Assembly (NCBI RefSeq): GCF_020745735.1
Contig: NC_083433.1
Span: 19,045,363 to 19,109,362 of the forward strand
Source: Hemiscyllium ocellatum
Taxonomy: Eukaryota
DNA: 64,000 bases
Reading direction: 5' to 3'
Shown here: one piece after another, positions 1-11,742 of the stretch
Position numbering within the stretch: position 1 is the stretch's first letter
Layout of the letters: every line of letters begins with the position of its first letter
The notes under the pieces: generated by a model
The model's database searches: none
The model's input: only the letters and a program-made list of their open reading frames with translations
What the model was told of the DNA's origin: nothing
Made by a program: the position numbers and the translations under genes

Positions 1-1969
1 TGGAAACCTATAGTGCAGAACAAGGCCTTTCTGTCCATTAGGTCTGCACTGTCCCATCCTCTCCCTGTAACCCCACATTTACTCTGGCTAATCCTAACCT
101 ACATATCCCTGGCAATTTAGCATAGCTAAGCCACCTATCCTGCATATATTTGGCAGGAAACAAGAGCACCTACGCAGGCAAAGGGAGAATGTGGAAACTC
201 CACATAGTCATTAGAAGATGGAATCAAACTTGGGTCTCTGGCACTGTGAAGTAGCAGTGCTAACCATAGAGCCACCATGAATTAGGCAATGGCGCAGTGT
301 AGGAGTGAAGCAGTTAGTGACACTGTTAGTGCCCAGCCTCCTCTTTTTCGGGATATGTTTACCATCAGTGTGACTCCATTAAAAAGAATCTGGTAACTGC
401 AAAATAACTGAGGGTGGGGCCGGGGGTGGGGGTGGGGAGGGGGGAGGGGGAAGATGGGGAGAAGCAGCATACCAATTTATACACCACTAGTGTCCAAAGA
501 AACTGACAGGAGCATAGTCAAACAAAGTCTGACACCAAGTCACACAAGGAGCTTTTGAGACAGATGACCAGAGATAGGTTTTAAGGAACATTTTAAAGGA
601 GGGGGAGATCCTGTGAGGTGGAGTTCGAGAGTTTAGGGTCCTAGCAAGTGAAAACTCAGCCAAGAATGGTCAAACACTGGAAATCAGGGATGTGCAAGAG
701 GCCAGAGTTGTAGGACTCCCAATTTTTCAGAGGTTTGATGGGCTGATTCCAGGGATAGGGAGGGACAAGACCTGGAGGGGATCTAAAAATGATAATGAGA
801 GTTTTAAGATTGAGCCATCGCCAGACCAGGAACTAGTGTCTGTCAAAAACATGAGGTAAGCTTGCATGTTTAATTTTGAGACTCATTCACTGGGTATTCA
901 GATTGCTGATCTCTGTCAGCTTGTAGATACCCATGGCTTCAGGAATCAGCAGATATTTTGACAGTGTAACATTCAAAGAGGTGGTTCTGTACTTGTCATT
1001 TCCATAATCCGATGCAAATAACTCATTGGGAGGTGAAATTTCAGTTGCTATTCCTTTTTGGTTGCACAGTCTCAAATTCAAATCTTTCCTCTTGATGAAT
1101 GTGAAATTTCAGAGCTGTTGTCACTTTCAAGGATTGAAAAAAAAATTAAATGCAAAATAAGAGTCTATTTCCGTACTGTATGACTATAAGTGCAATCAGT
1201 GTCATGGACTATTTCTGATTGGGACCCAGTGCCATCTACAGGTGATATTCGATTTCACATCCTGTAATCTGTACTGATTGACATTGCTCATGTCATGAAC
1301 ATGGTTCGCTCTGACTTAAAGATGACTAACTTGCTGGATAAATGGAAATCCGGGATGTGCAAGAGGCCGGAGTTGTAGGACTCCAATGTTTCAGAGGTTT
1401 GAAGGAAAAAAAACTCTCATTACAGGTTATACAGCAACATATTTACTGTTAAACTTTAAATGTCTGTATAACATTTCTAATAACTACATGAGGTATTTTG
1501 CAATTTTTGTCATTTCATAGCTGGACATCACAACTAGTTATTTAATCATTATTCCCTCAGCTACTTTCTTGCCATGTAATTCCCCTCAGCTAAAAAGATC
1601 ATATGTCTTAAACTGATCTGGAGGATGATAGTAGCAAAGTGGTCTAGAGGTATGGGTTCAAATTCAAATAATTAATAAACCTAGAACTGATAACTAATCT
1701 CTCTAATGCTGACCAGAGAACGGTCATTTATTACTGTTAGAAACCCACCTGATCCCGTTCAGGGAAAGGAAATTTGCTTACTTGGCTGCATGTTAACTAT
1801 CCTCTGAAATGGCTTGGTAAGCCACTCAATTCAGGCCTAATAAGGGGGGGGGGGGGGGGCAATTAGAATTAGGTTTATTGTCACATGTACAAAAATGAGT
1901 GCAGAGAAAAGTTCACAAGTCATCACTTATGGTGCCATCAAAGGTACAACGACACCTAGGTACAGATTC

Positions 1970-2530
1970 TTAAAATAACGGTAGGACCCTGGGAGTGCTG
2001 TTGAACAGAACAGCCTAGGGGTGCAGGTACAAAGTTTCTTGAAATTGACATCACAGATAGACAGGGTGGTAAAGAAGGCATATGGCATGCTTACCTTCAT
2101 TGGTCAGAGCACTGAGTATAGGAGTTGGAACATAATGTTACAGAGATATTGGTAAGGCTACTTTTGGAGTACTGCATATAAATCTAGTCACCCTAGTGTA
2201 AGGAAGGATGCTGTTAAACTGGAAAGGGTGCAAAAAAGATCTGAGGAGAAAGTGAGGTCTGCAGATGCTGGAGATCAGAGCTGAAAATGTGTTGCTGGAA
2301 AAACGCAGCAGGTCAGGCAGCATCCAAAGAGCAGGAGAATCGACGTTTCGGGCATGAGCCCTTCTGCGCTTTCCCAGCAACACATTTTCAGCTGCAAAAA
2401 AGATTTACAAGTATGTTACCTGAACTGGCAGGTTTGAGTTGTAAGGAGAGGCTGAATAGGCTGGGCCTTTTTTTTCCATTTGAGTGTAGGAGGCTGAAAG
2501 GTGTCCTCAGAGTTTTGAGGGGCATAGATA
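1970..2530 (+). mobile_element. CR1 3' fragment (interrupted by a PLE repeat)
   Basis: CR1 ORF2 C-terminal sequence (RLNRLGLF..ECRRLKG). Confidence 0.75.
2243..2392. mobile_element. PLE family-1 terminal-repeat insertion (partial palindrome) in a CR1 fragment
   Basis: pLTR + inverted partial copy; TSD tgcaaaaaagat(c/t)t at 2229-2242 and 2393-2406. Confidence 0.8.
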
Positions 2531-2662
2531 GGGTGAAAAACCTTATTAATGCTGGCCATGCCAGTAACACCCACATCCCATGAAATAAATAAAAGCTATT
2601 TGGTTTATTGTTCGTGCGTCATATTTCCTATGTCATTTCCACTGCTCTTTGTTTGTGTTCAG

Positions 2663-2748
2663 GTACAGTCGTGGTGACTGGTTATTGTGGGCAGTGGAGC
2701 TGATTGCAACAGGCCTCAGCACTATTCAGCTTAATGAAGGAAATGTTG
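2663..2748 (+). CDS. Candidate internal exon of an unidentified plus-strand gene
   Basis: Acceptor ctctttgtttgtgttcag|, donor TTG|gttagt. Only the phase-2 frame is open: YSRGDWLLWAVELIATGLSTIQLNEGNV. Confidence 0.35.
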
Positions 2749-4000
2749 GTTAGTTCATGTTTTCTCTTCAGCAAAACTATTAAGAAGTGCACAGCTGGGA
2801 CATTAACAACAGCACATGGTTCTAAACTGTAAAGGAAATGTAACTAACAATCTCCACTATCAAAGGTCACAAGATGCTATGGTAGACTGAATGCTTATAA
2901 AAATGTTTCTTTTCAGAATCAGGGGTTACAGTTTAAAGATAAAAGTGCCTTAATCATATGGGAACCGTGGAGCCGCTCTTTCATTAATGAGTCAGGACTG
3001 GTCACCTTGCCTCAGGTAAGGTTAAGCAGGAGAGTTCTTCATGGTAACCTTAGCCAATACAAGAATTGAACTCATGCTGTTGGCACTACTTGGCTTTGCA
3101 GCGAAGCCTTTGAGACAACTGAGCTAACTGACCCCTAGGTTAAAGGTTACATTTGGTCTGAAATGAAGAGAAATTCCTTCAGCCAAAAAGTGATGAGCCT
3201 ATGAGAAAGCAGTTGAGGCCAAAACATTGAATGCTTTTGAGGAGACAGATATAGTTTTTCAGGCTAAAGACATCAAAGGGTCTAGGGATAAAGTAGCAAA
3301 AAGACAATAGACAATAGGTGCAGGAGTAGGCCATTCAGCCCTTCGAGCCTGCACCAAACAATTCCACATCGACCCTCCAAAGAGTAACCCACCCAGACCC
3401 ATTCCCCTACCTAATATTTACTCCTAACTAATAACCTACACTATAGGCAACTTAGCATGGCCAACTCACCTGACCAGCACATCTTTGGACTGTGGGAGGA
3501 AACCTGCACTGACACAGGGAAAATGTGCAAACTCCACACAGTCACCTGAGAAGTCACCTGAAAAGCTATCAAGTTGGATGATCAACCATGAACATATTAA
3601 TGGTGGAGCAGGTCCAAACAGCCTACTTCTACTCCTATTTTCTGTTTCTATGAAACTGTCAGCCTTCAAAGGAATTTGACGGATAAAACAGTATGTTTTT
3701 TACACAATAACAACAATTTTGCTCGGCAGCTCTTTGATGGAAGGCACTGTTTCAAGTTGGCTAGCTGAAGGCCTAAGTTGACTGACCACAGCAAACCAAG
3801 GAAGAGAATTTCCACTATGGGTGCAATCAGCAAATTGCACCCAATGTTGTCTTAAGAGTTGATCCCAACGTTGTCTTAGAGTTGATAAACCTTTTACTTT
3901 GAGTTCTCACTTAAATTCAATTCCAGGATTATGTTCCTTCAGTGTCATTGGATCAAAGTCCCTGAATTCCCTCTTTAACAGGAGTGTGGATCAGCATACA

Positions 4001-4323
4001 GTACACGGTCTGCAGCGATGCACATGGACTGCAGCAATGCACGTGGTCTGCAGCTATGCACGTGGACTGCAGCGATGCACGTGGCATGCAGTGATGCACA
4101 TGATCTGCAGCGATGCACGTGGCATGCAGCGATGCACATGATCTGCAGTGATGCACGTGGACTGCAGCGATGCACGTAGTCTGCAGCGATGCACGTGGAC
4201 TGCAGCGATGCACGTGGACTGCAGCGAAGCACGTGGTCTGTAGCGATGCACGTGGTCTGTAGCGATGCACATGGTCTGTAGCGATGCACGTGGACTGCAG
4301 CGATGCACATGGTCTGCAGCGAT
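4001..4323 (+). repeat. Minisatellite, 19-bp unit x17 (GCACGTGGACTGCAGCGAT)
   Basis: Counted directly; embedded in a LINE 3' UTR. Confidence 0.95.
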
Positions 4324-5021
4324 TCAAGAAGGCAGCTCACCACTACCTTCTCCAGGGATACTAGGGACGGGCAAAAAATACTGGTCCAACCAGCAACACC
4401 CATCTTTATCTTTACTCAGCGGGTTGTGAGTTCATGGAATGCCCTGCCAGTAGCAGTGGTGGACTCTCCCTCTTTATGGTCATTTAAGTGGGCATTGGAT
4501 AAGCATATGGAGGTTATTGGGCTAGTGTAGGTTAGGTAGGCTTTGGTCGGCGCAACATCGAGGGCCGAAGGGCCTGTACTGCGCTGTATTTTTCTATGTT
4601 CTATGCCCCACAAGTGAAATTTTTAAAAAGACAAACACAAATCTATCCCAAACCATCACAATCTGGTGTTTCAATCATAACCCTTCAAAAAAACCTGTGT
4701 TTTAAAAAATATTCTTTGATATATTGAAGAATGGTAAATTGCAGTTTAGTACAACTGAACTGAGGTTTCTACTAAAAGTAAACATTCCTAAGCACATTGT
4801 AAATCGATGACTGAAAATGACTTTAAAAATATACAGATCCATTTGCAAATTTCATTTGGATAGTTCCCTAGTAAATTTTAAAATATTATACTGAAAAGTT
4901 TTAACATGTGTCTTGAGTGTCCTCACACCCCAAAAGCATACTAAATTTCAGAGTTTCTTTAAAAGCCTATAACCAAATACAATAAGCGGGATCTCTCATT
5001 GGTGTATGAATTGTCCTGCAG

Positions 5022-5077
5022 ATATAGCTGGTTTTATGGGCGGTCGTCATTCCAAGCAAGATGCTGACAAGCAGTGA
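5022..5077 (+). CDS. Candidate last coding exon of the same unidentified gene
   Basis: Acceptor ttgtcctgcag|, phase 1 matching the exon at 2663-2748: (D)IAGFMGGRHSKQDADKQ*. ATTAAA near 5215. Confidence 0.28.
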
Positions 5078-5429
5078 CATGAGATTTCAGAAACTTGCAT
5101 GAAATATAACAAAATGCTTGAAAATCTACGATATTTCATGCTCATTTGATCAATTTCAGTCTAATTGTGCCAAAACTGTCAGCACAGCTGTGGAAAACCT
5201 CAGATCTGATGCATATTAAATTGGTCAGTAGAAGGTACTTAGTCACTGCTGACTTTTTACCTGTGTTGGCCTAATAGCTGAAGGCATAAATTTTCAGTGC
5301 CCACCTTGATTCAGTCAGATGTGAGAGAGGCTGGAAGTAAATTACTCCCTCAGAAATTGAGCATTTTGTGGAGGGGTAACTCCCCTCCTCATTCCACAAA
5401 GCCTGCCCACCACCTACAAGACCAGTCTG

Positions 5430-6250
5430 CCTCTCTCACTTCATACGATAGTCCCACCATCCTGGGAACAAGTCTGGCCTATGGCAATAATATGTTTCCT
5501 GAGGCAAGAACACAACTGCACACAGTACTCTTGGTGTGGTCTAACAATACTATAAAACGGAAGCAAAATTTCACTACTCCTGTCCTCAAATCCTCTTGCA
5601 ATAATAGATAACATTTCCAATAGTTTGTTCCAGCTCAATGCCCAATTGACAAGGACATACGGGTCCCTTGTACATTGACACTTCCCAGCATCTTCTCTTC
5701 TTTGCACATCTGCATATTTGGAAATATTGCATTTGAGCCCAAGTACTGACCCTTCTAGTATTTCACAAGTTACAAGCTGCCAATGTGAAAACTATCCATT
5801 CATTCCTACGCTGTTTTCTGTCATTGAATCGCATCAAATGTTTTGAAGAGGTGACTAAGATAGTGGACAGGGCAACATCTTTGAATGCTGTTTACACAGA
5901 CTTCCAGAAGACAGTCCCACATGAGATATTGTTTAACAAGATAAAAGCCCACAGAATTGAGGGTAAATTACTGACATGGCTTTGAAGTTGGTTGAGTGGC
6001 AGAAAATAGAGATAATGGGTAGAATGTGAACAGTGGTGTTCTACAAGGGTCTGTGTTAGGGCCTCAAATATTCACTTATTTAATAACGGCTTGGATAATG
6101 TCATAAAAATTCAAATTTGTTAGGCAAAGTGAGGCAGCATTGTAGACAGTGTAGATGACAGCATAAAATTACAAAGAGACATTGATAGAATAGTTCACAG
6201 GTCAGTGCAACATTGAGGGCCGAAAGGCCTGTTCTGCACTGTACTGTTCT
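5430..6250. mobile_element. CR1 fragments in both orientations
   Basis: VRPHQEYCVQ on minus; CFEEVTK..DFQK.VPH on plus. Confidence 0.65.
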
Positions 6251-6908
6251 ATGTTTTATCAAAGGCTGGGAGATGTTTGGAACTATCTTCCGCAAATAGC
6301 AGTGGATGTTGGATCAGTTGTTAATTTTAAATCTGAGACAGATAAACTTTTGTTAATCAAAGTTATTAAGGGATATGGGCTAAAGACAAGTATGTGAAGT
6401 TAGGCCACAGATCAGCCATGATCTCACTGAATGGAGCACAGCCTGTTACTACGTAAGTTTGCCAATCATTAGTCTGTGCTAGTATATTACCTCCCATTCC
6501 ATGTGCCTTAATATTTTTAAATCAGCTTCCTGTGAGGGACTTTACCAAAAGATTTCTGATAATCTGCACATACTATGCCAATTGGCTCTCTTTAATCAAT
6601 TTTGTAACATCTTCAAAAAGCTCCCAATGACTTTGTCTAACCCTAAGTGATATTCAAGTATTTATCATATCCTTTGTTCATTTCTTTTATAGTTTCATGG
6701 ATTGTGGGCATTGCTAGTCAGGCTATTAAAAAGTCAATCACATTGGAACAGATTCTGGCATTTTTCCTGTCATTGTAATTCTCCATTTTCCTTCTTGATC
6801 CCTTAAATAGTGGGGTAAAAAATGAGGTCTGCAGATGCTGGAGATCACAGCTGCAAATGTGTTGCTGGTCAAAGCACAGCAGGTTAGGCAGCATCTCAGG
6901 AATAGAGA

Positions 6909-6944
6909 ATTCGACGTTTCGAGCATAAGCCCTTCATCAGGAAT
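6909..6944 (-). ncRNA. Minimal type I hammerhead ribozyme (PLE family 1)
   Basis: AUUC-CUGAUGA-A-GGGC UUAU GCUC-GAAAC-GUC^GAAU: conserved core, stem I AUUC:GAAU, stem II, palindromic ACGU stem III. Predicted cleavage after 6913. Confidence 0.8.
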
Positions 6945-8371
6945 AAGAGAGAGAGAGCCAAGCCGGCTGAGATAAAAGGTAGGGAGGAGGGACTAGGGGG
7001 AGGGGCGATGGAGGTGGGATAGGTGGAAGGAGGTCAAGGTGAGGGTGATAGGCCGGAGTGGGGTGGGGGCGGAGAGGTCAGGAAGAGGATTGCAGGTTAG
7101 GAGGGCGGTGCTGAGTTGAGGGAACCGACTGAGACAAGGTGGGGGGAGGGGAAATGAGGAAGCTGGAGAAATCTGAATTCATACCTTGTGGTTGGAGGGT
7201 TCCCAGGCGGAAGATGAGGCGCTCCTCCTCCAGCCGTCGTGTAGTTGTGTTCTGCCGGTGGAGGAGTCCAAGGACCTGCATGTCCTCGGTGGAGTGGGAG
7301 GGGGAGTTAAAGTGTTGAGCCACGGGGTGATTGGGTTGGTTGGTTCGGGCGGCCCAGAGGTGTTCTCTGAAGCGTTCCGCAAGTAAGCGGCCTGTCTCAC
7401 CAATATAGAGGAGGCCACATCGGGTGCAGCGGATGCAATAGATGATGTGTGTGGAGGTACAGGTGAACTTGTGGCGGATATGGAAGGATCCCTTGGGGCC
7501 TTGGAGGGAAGTGAGTGTGGAGGTGTGGGCGCAAGTTTTACATTTCCTGCGGTTGCAGGGGAAGGTGCCGGGGGTGGAGGTTGGGTTGGTGGGGGGTGTG
7601 GATCTGACAAGGGAGTCACGAAGGGAGTGGTCCTTGCGGAACGCTGATAGGGGAGGGGAGGGAAATATATCCTTGGTGGTGGGGTCCGTTTGGAGGTGGC
7701 GGAAATGGCGGCGGATAATACGTTGTATGCGCAGGTTGGTGGGGTGGTAGGTGAGAACCAGTGGGGTTCTGTCTTGGTGGCGGTTGGAGGAGCGGGGCTC
7801 AAGGGCGGAGGAGCGGGAAGTGGAGGAGATGCGGTGGAGGGCATCGTCGATCACGTCTGGGGGGAATCTGCGGTCCTTGAAGAAGGAGGCCATCTGGGTT
7901 GTGCGGTGTTGGAATTGGTCCTCCTGGGAGCAGATGCGGCGGAGACGAAGGAATTGGGAATATGGGATGGCGTTTTTACAGGGGGCAGGGTGGGAGGAGG
8001 TGTAGTCCAGGTAGCTGTGGGAGTCAGTCGGTTTATAATAGATGTCTGTGTTGAGTCGGTCGCCCGAGATAGAAATGGAAAGGTCTAGGAAGGGGAGGGA
8101 GGAGTCTGAGACAGTCCAGGTGAATTTCAGGTCGGGATGGAAGGTGTTAGTAAAGTTGATGAACTGTTCAACCTCCTCGTGGGAGCACGAGGCAGCGCCG
8201 ATACAGTCATCGATGTAGCGGAGGAAAAGGTGGGGGGTGGTGCCAGTGTAGTTGCGGAAGATGGACTGTTCCACATATCCTACGAAGAGGCAGGCATAGT
8301 TGGGGCCCATGCGGGTGCCCATGGCAACTCCTTTAGTTTGGAGGAAGTGGGAGGATTGAAAAGAGAAGTTA

Positions 8372-8598
8372 TTCAGGGTGAGGACCAGTTCAGTCAGTCG
8401 AAGGAGGGTGTCAGTGGAAGGGTTCAGGGTGAGGACCAGTTCAGTCAGTCGAAGGAGGGTGTCAGTGGAAGGGTTTCAGGGTGAGGACCAGTTCAGTCAG
8501 TCGAAGGAGGGTGTCAGTGGAAGGGTTTCAGGGTGAGGACCAGTTCAGTCAGTCGAAGGAGGGTGTCAGTGGAAGGGTTTTTCAGGGTGAGGACCAGT
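8372..8598 (+). repeat. Tandem repeat, 51-bp unit x ~4.4, at the 5' truncation point of the PLE
   Basis: Unit TTCAGGGTGAGGACCAGTTCAGTCAGTCGAAGGAGGGTGTCAGTGGAAGGG with 0, 1, 1 and 3 extra T at the junctions. On the minus strand the unit encodes PLE RT sequence (PSTDTLLRLTELVLTLN). Confidence 0.95.
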
Positions 8599-9073
8599 GA
8601 GTGATATCAAGGGAAAAGGGGATGATTCAGGAAAACGGTGTCAAGCAGATCAGCCATGATCTCACTGAATGACAGGGTGAACTCGAGGAGCTGAATGGGC
8701 AATATTGCTTGTGTTCTTAGGCATCAAAGTGTGGCCCAGCCATTGACACTCACATCCCACGACAGAATTAAACTGACCATTGATTTCGATCTCCATAAAG
8801 GAGAACAGATACTTAAGTATCAATGTGATTCTCTTTATTTCACAATAAGAACACAGTCTATTCTACAGTTCTAATGACATTTCATGGCTTTACCTCCTTT
8901 AATATTAACCTAACCAGTATGTAACCAAAATATGTTTCTGAACATCTTTTAAAAAAAGATATAGATTAAAAATTCCTGGTTTAAGTGCTGTTAACTTTAC
9001 AAACTTCCTCAGATGACCCCCTTGTAAATGATATTGAAACAGCATGTTCACTGTTCCCATATGCTCACATTTC

Positions 9074-9079
9074 TTTATT
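9074..9079 (-). promoter_or_regulatory. Candidate polyadenylation signal (AATAAA) of gene A
   Basis: AATAAA on the minus strand ~520 nt downstream of the stop at 9594; another lies at ~8834-8839. Confidence 0.35.
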
Positions 9080-9593
9080 TTCAGACCAATTGTTTGTTTT
9101 TCTGCATTCTTTCATTTTCTCCACAACTGAAGGTGTTGATCATTCCTTGCGTAGAGTGATTGCACTAGATTTCCAGTTTACTGCTCCCAAAATTGTGGGT
9201 GACATTGCAGATGAGCCACCTGCCAAGGAAGGCACCCAAAATGGCAAGTAAAACATCTAACCCACCCACCTCCACCAGATAATGGGCACCAGATGATGCT
9301 AGGATGGGCCTCAGCCAAACAGCTGTGTTGTGGCACGCAGCAGATCCTCAAAAATTAATCTAATCCAAGGTTGGAGTCAAGTTTTGTTCTGACTGATACT
9401 GGTAATGTTGGAGTGACAATTAGCCGATTTCTTTCTCCCTCCCAAGTCCAGGAATACTGGGACCAGCCCTAATGTTTGTCCAAGCCTCACAAAGCACAGG
9501 CCAATGTCTGAAACACAAAGCTTTCCTTGACCTGAATGAGCATTGCACCACCAACATCAACACTTCCTCAACAAAAATCTGCTCAGCGTCATT

Positions 9594-9839
9594 CTAACCT
9601 CTTGCCAAGATAATGTTAAAACCTTTGAACAAAAAAAATGCAGTAAAACTGGTGAAATGCTTGCACTGCGTTCTGTTTTCAGTCACTTTGATGAACAGCT
9701 GGTTGGCAATGAGTTTTTTTTTAAACAGGGCTTCCTGCCGGACCTCTGCATACACCATCTGACATGCTGCACTACGCGTTCGATTTGTTGGAGATAGGTT
9801 CAGTGTAGTATAATGGATCTCTTCCTCCTCCAGATGATT
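9594..9839 (-). CDS. Gene A exon 5: terminal cytoplasmic exon with ITIM + ITIM-like motif
   Basis: Acceptor ttttatttttctacag|, phase 0: NHLEEEEIHYTTLNLSPTNRTRSAACQMVYAEVRQEALFKKKL...ILARG*. IxYxxL preceded by an acidic run, plus a second YxxV motif. The C-terminal part depends on an A9 homopolymer length. Confidence 0.8.
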   Translation of the reverse strand, partial: NHLEEEEIHYTTLNLSPTNRTRSAACQMVYAEVRQEALFKKKLIANQLFIKVTENRTQCKHFTSFTAFFLFKGFNIILARG

Positions 9840-10204
9840 CTGTAGAAAAATAAAATCTTATCATTCATCTTAACAGAGAAGGAAGAGGGAGCTGGGGCAA
9901 GTGGACACTGGCAGGAAGTTCCCCTTCTTTCCTTGCTGGTTTCTGACTTTCCGCTCACCCCACCACTTAAGAAGAAAGGCTCAGGCCTTTGAGGTGATTC
10001 CGCAGGGCACCAATGATTTCCCAAAATAAAGCATGTAAGTCCTGCCACTCTCCCTTCCTGGAACTATCAGGGTTGATATTCCTATTTATAATCAAATTTT
10101 TATGGTTATAGGTTAGGAGCATATTTATAAAAAAACTGAAATAGTTTTATTATTCTAAAGTCAAAGTACAAAAGCTAGACAATTCAACAATTCACTTCCT
10201 TCAA

Positions 10205-10930
10205 GCAAGTTGTCTATCTAGATATTTATTAATGACTTGGATGAGGAGGTTGAAGGATGGGTTAGCAAGTTTGCAGACGACACAAAAGTTGGAGGTGTCA
10301 TTGACAGTATAGAGGGCTGTTGTAGGCTGCAGCGGGACATTGACAGGATGCAGAGATGGGCTGAGAGGTGGCAGATGGAGTTCAACCTGGATAAATGCGA
10401 GGTGATGCATTTTGGAAGGTCGAATTTGAAAGCTGAGTACAGGATTAAGGATAGGATTCTTGGCAGTGTGGAGGAACAGAGGGATCTTGGTGTGTAGGTA
10501 CATAGATCTCTTAAAATGGCCACCCAAGTGGACAGGGTTGTTAAGAAAGCAAATGGTGTTTTGGCTTTCATTAACAGGGGGATTGAGTTTAAGAGTCGTG
10601 AGATCTTGTTGCAGCTCTATAAAAAAAACTTTGGTTAGACTGCACTTGGAATACTGATTCCAGTTCTGGTCGCCCTATTATAGGAAAGATGTGGATGCTG
10701 TTGGAGAGGGTTCAGAGGAGGTAATGAATCTGTGGAATTGACTGCCACAGAGGCCTAAGGAGGACAAGTCAATGATTGTCTTTAAGACAGGGATAGACAG
10801 ATTCTTGCTTAGTAAGGAGTTCAAGGGTTATGCTGAGAAGGCAGGAGATTTGGGTTGAGAAACATATCATGATCAATGGCAGAGCAGATTTGATGGGCCA
10901 AATAGCCTAATTCTGCTCTTATATCTTATG
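10205..10930 (+). mobile_element. CR1 3' fragment
   Basis: SKFADDTKVGG...WQMEFNLDKCEVMHFG. Confidence 0.85.
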
Positions 10931-11680
10931 GTCTTGTGGATTTACCAGGAATGTTAATCTCCATTCAGATAACTTTTCCTGTCATCTCTGTCAAGAAATT
11001 TTGATAAAATTCTGCCTGCAGAACTCATTTCAATAAAGCTAACCATGGCTTTAATTTAGTTTCTTGCCTGAGCTGGCTGTTTGACATGTCAATTTTATTG
11101 ATGACAGAAGACACTAAACATTTATAATGATAAATTGCTAACTAGCTGTTGTTCCAAGAGGAATGTAAAAAACATAATTATTAAGGCAGATATTATTGAC
11201 TAATTTGTTTCCATGAACTTGTCATGTACATATTAGAGGCTACATTGTTGTTAGATAGGCCAATGGACTAGATGTAAAGTGTAATCCATTAGGTATAAAG
11301 CAAGGTCATGTGGTGTGGTGTTCCCGTCTCTTAACCAGAATATCTGGGTTTGAGTCCCACTCCAAGATCTGAGGCCAAGTAACATTAGTTCATAATATGG
11401 CCAAAATGTTTGTCTATCATGCTGCCAATCCTTCCAACACACACCAATGGCAGGCAGAGTGGGAGAGATTCCTGGTCAGTTAAGAAATAAGAACATTATT
11501 GGAGTTTCTACCCACACTAACCATAGCTCCAAGCTATAAGATGTGTGTAAAAGTGTGCGTTACTGCATTATGGATGGACAATAACACACCACCTCCCAAC
11601 ATGAAAGTACCTTGCGACCCCCTGAGGATGTGGCAAGTGCTTTATAAACAGACTGATGCTGCAAGTCATCACTTCCTTAC

Positions 11681-11742
11681 CTCACTAGTAACTGCACTCC
11701 TATATGATGTCACCTGGTTCCTGGTCAATGCGAGAGCCCAAC
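11681..11742 (-). CDS. Gene A exon 4: short cytoplasmic exon
   Basis: Acceptor tattttaatctatcag|, donor GAG|gtaagg. 62 nt, converting phase 1 to 0 exactly as needed between the TM and ITIM exons. GWALALTRNQVTSYRSAVTSE. Confidence 0.65.

Larger units (their letters stand above)
6815..8598 (-). mobile_element. Penelope-like element (PLE), 5'-truncated: RT C-terminal half + GIY-YIG endonuclease + 3' pLTR
   Basis: Uninterrupted ORF 8322-7078: GxxMGxRMGPNYACLF, RYIDD, YIGETGR and the EERLIFRLGTLQPQGMN tail. It is followed by the terminal repeat found as solo copies across the window. Confidence 0.92.

Noticed and set aside
887-1081. 64-aa minus-strand ORF as a further gene A exon
   Set aside because: It lies beyond the gene A stop and poly(A) signals, has no convincing acceptor and no recognisable motif.
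3953-4403. Cys/His-rich ORFs
   Set aside because: Artefacts of translating the 19-bp minisatellite.
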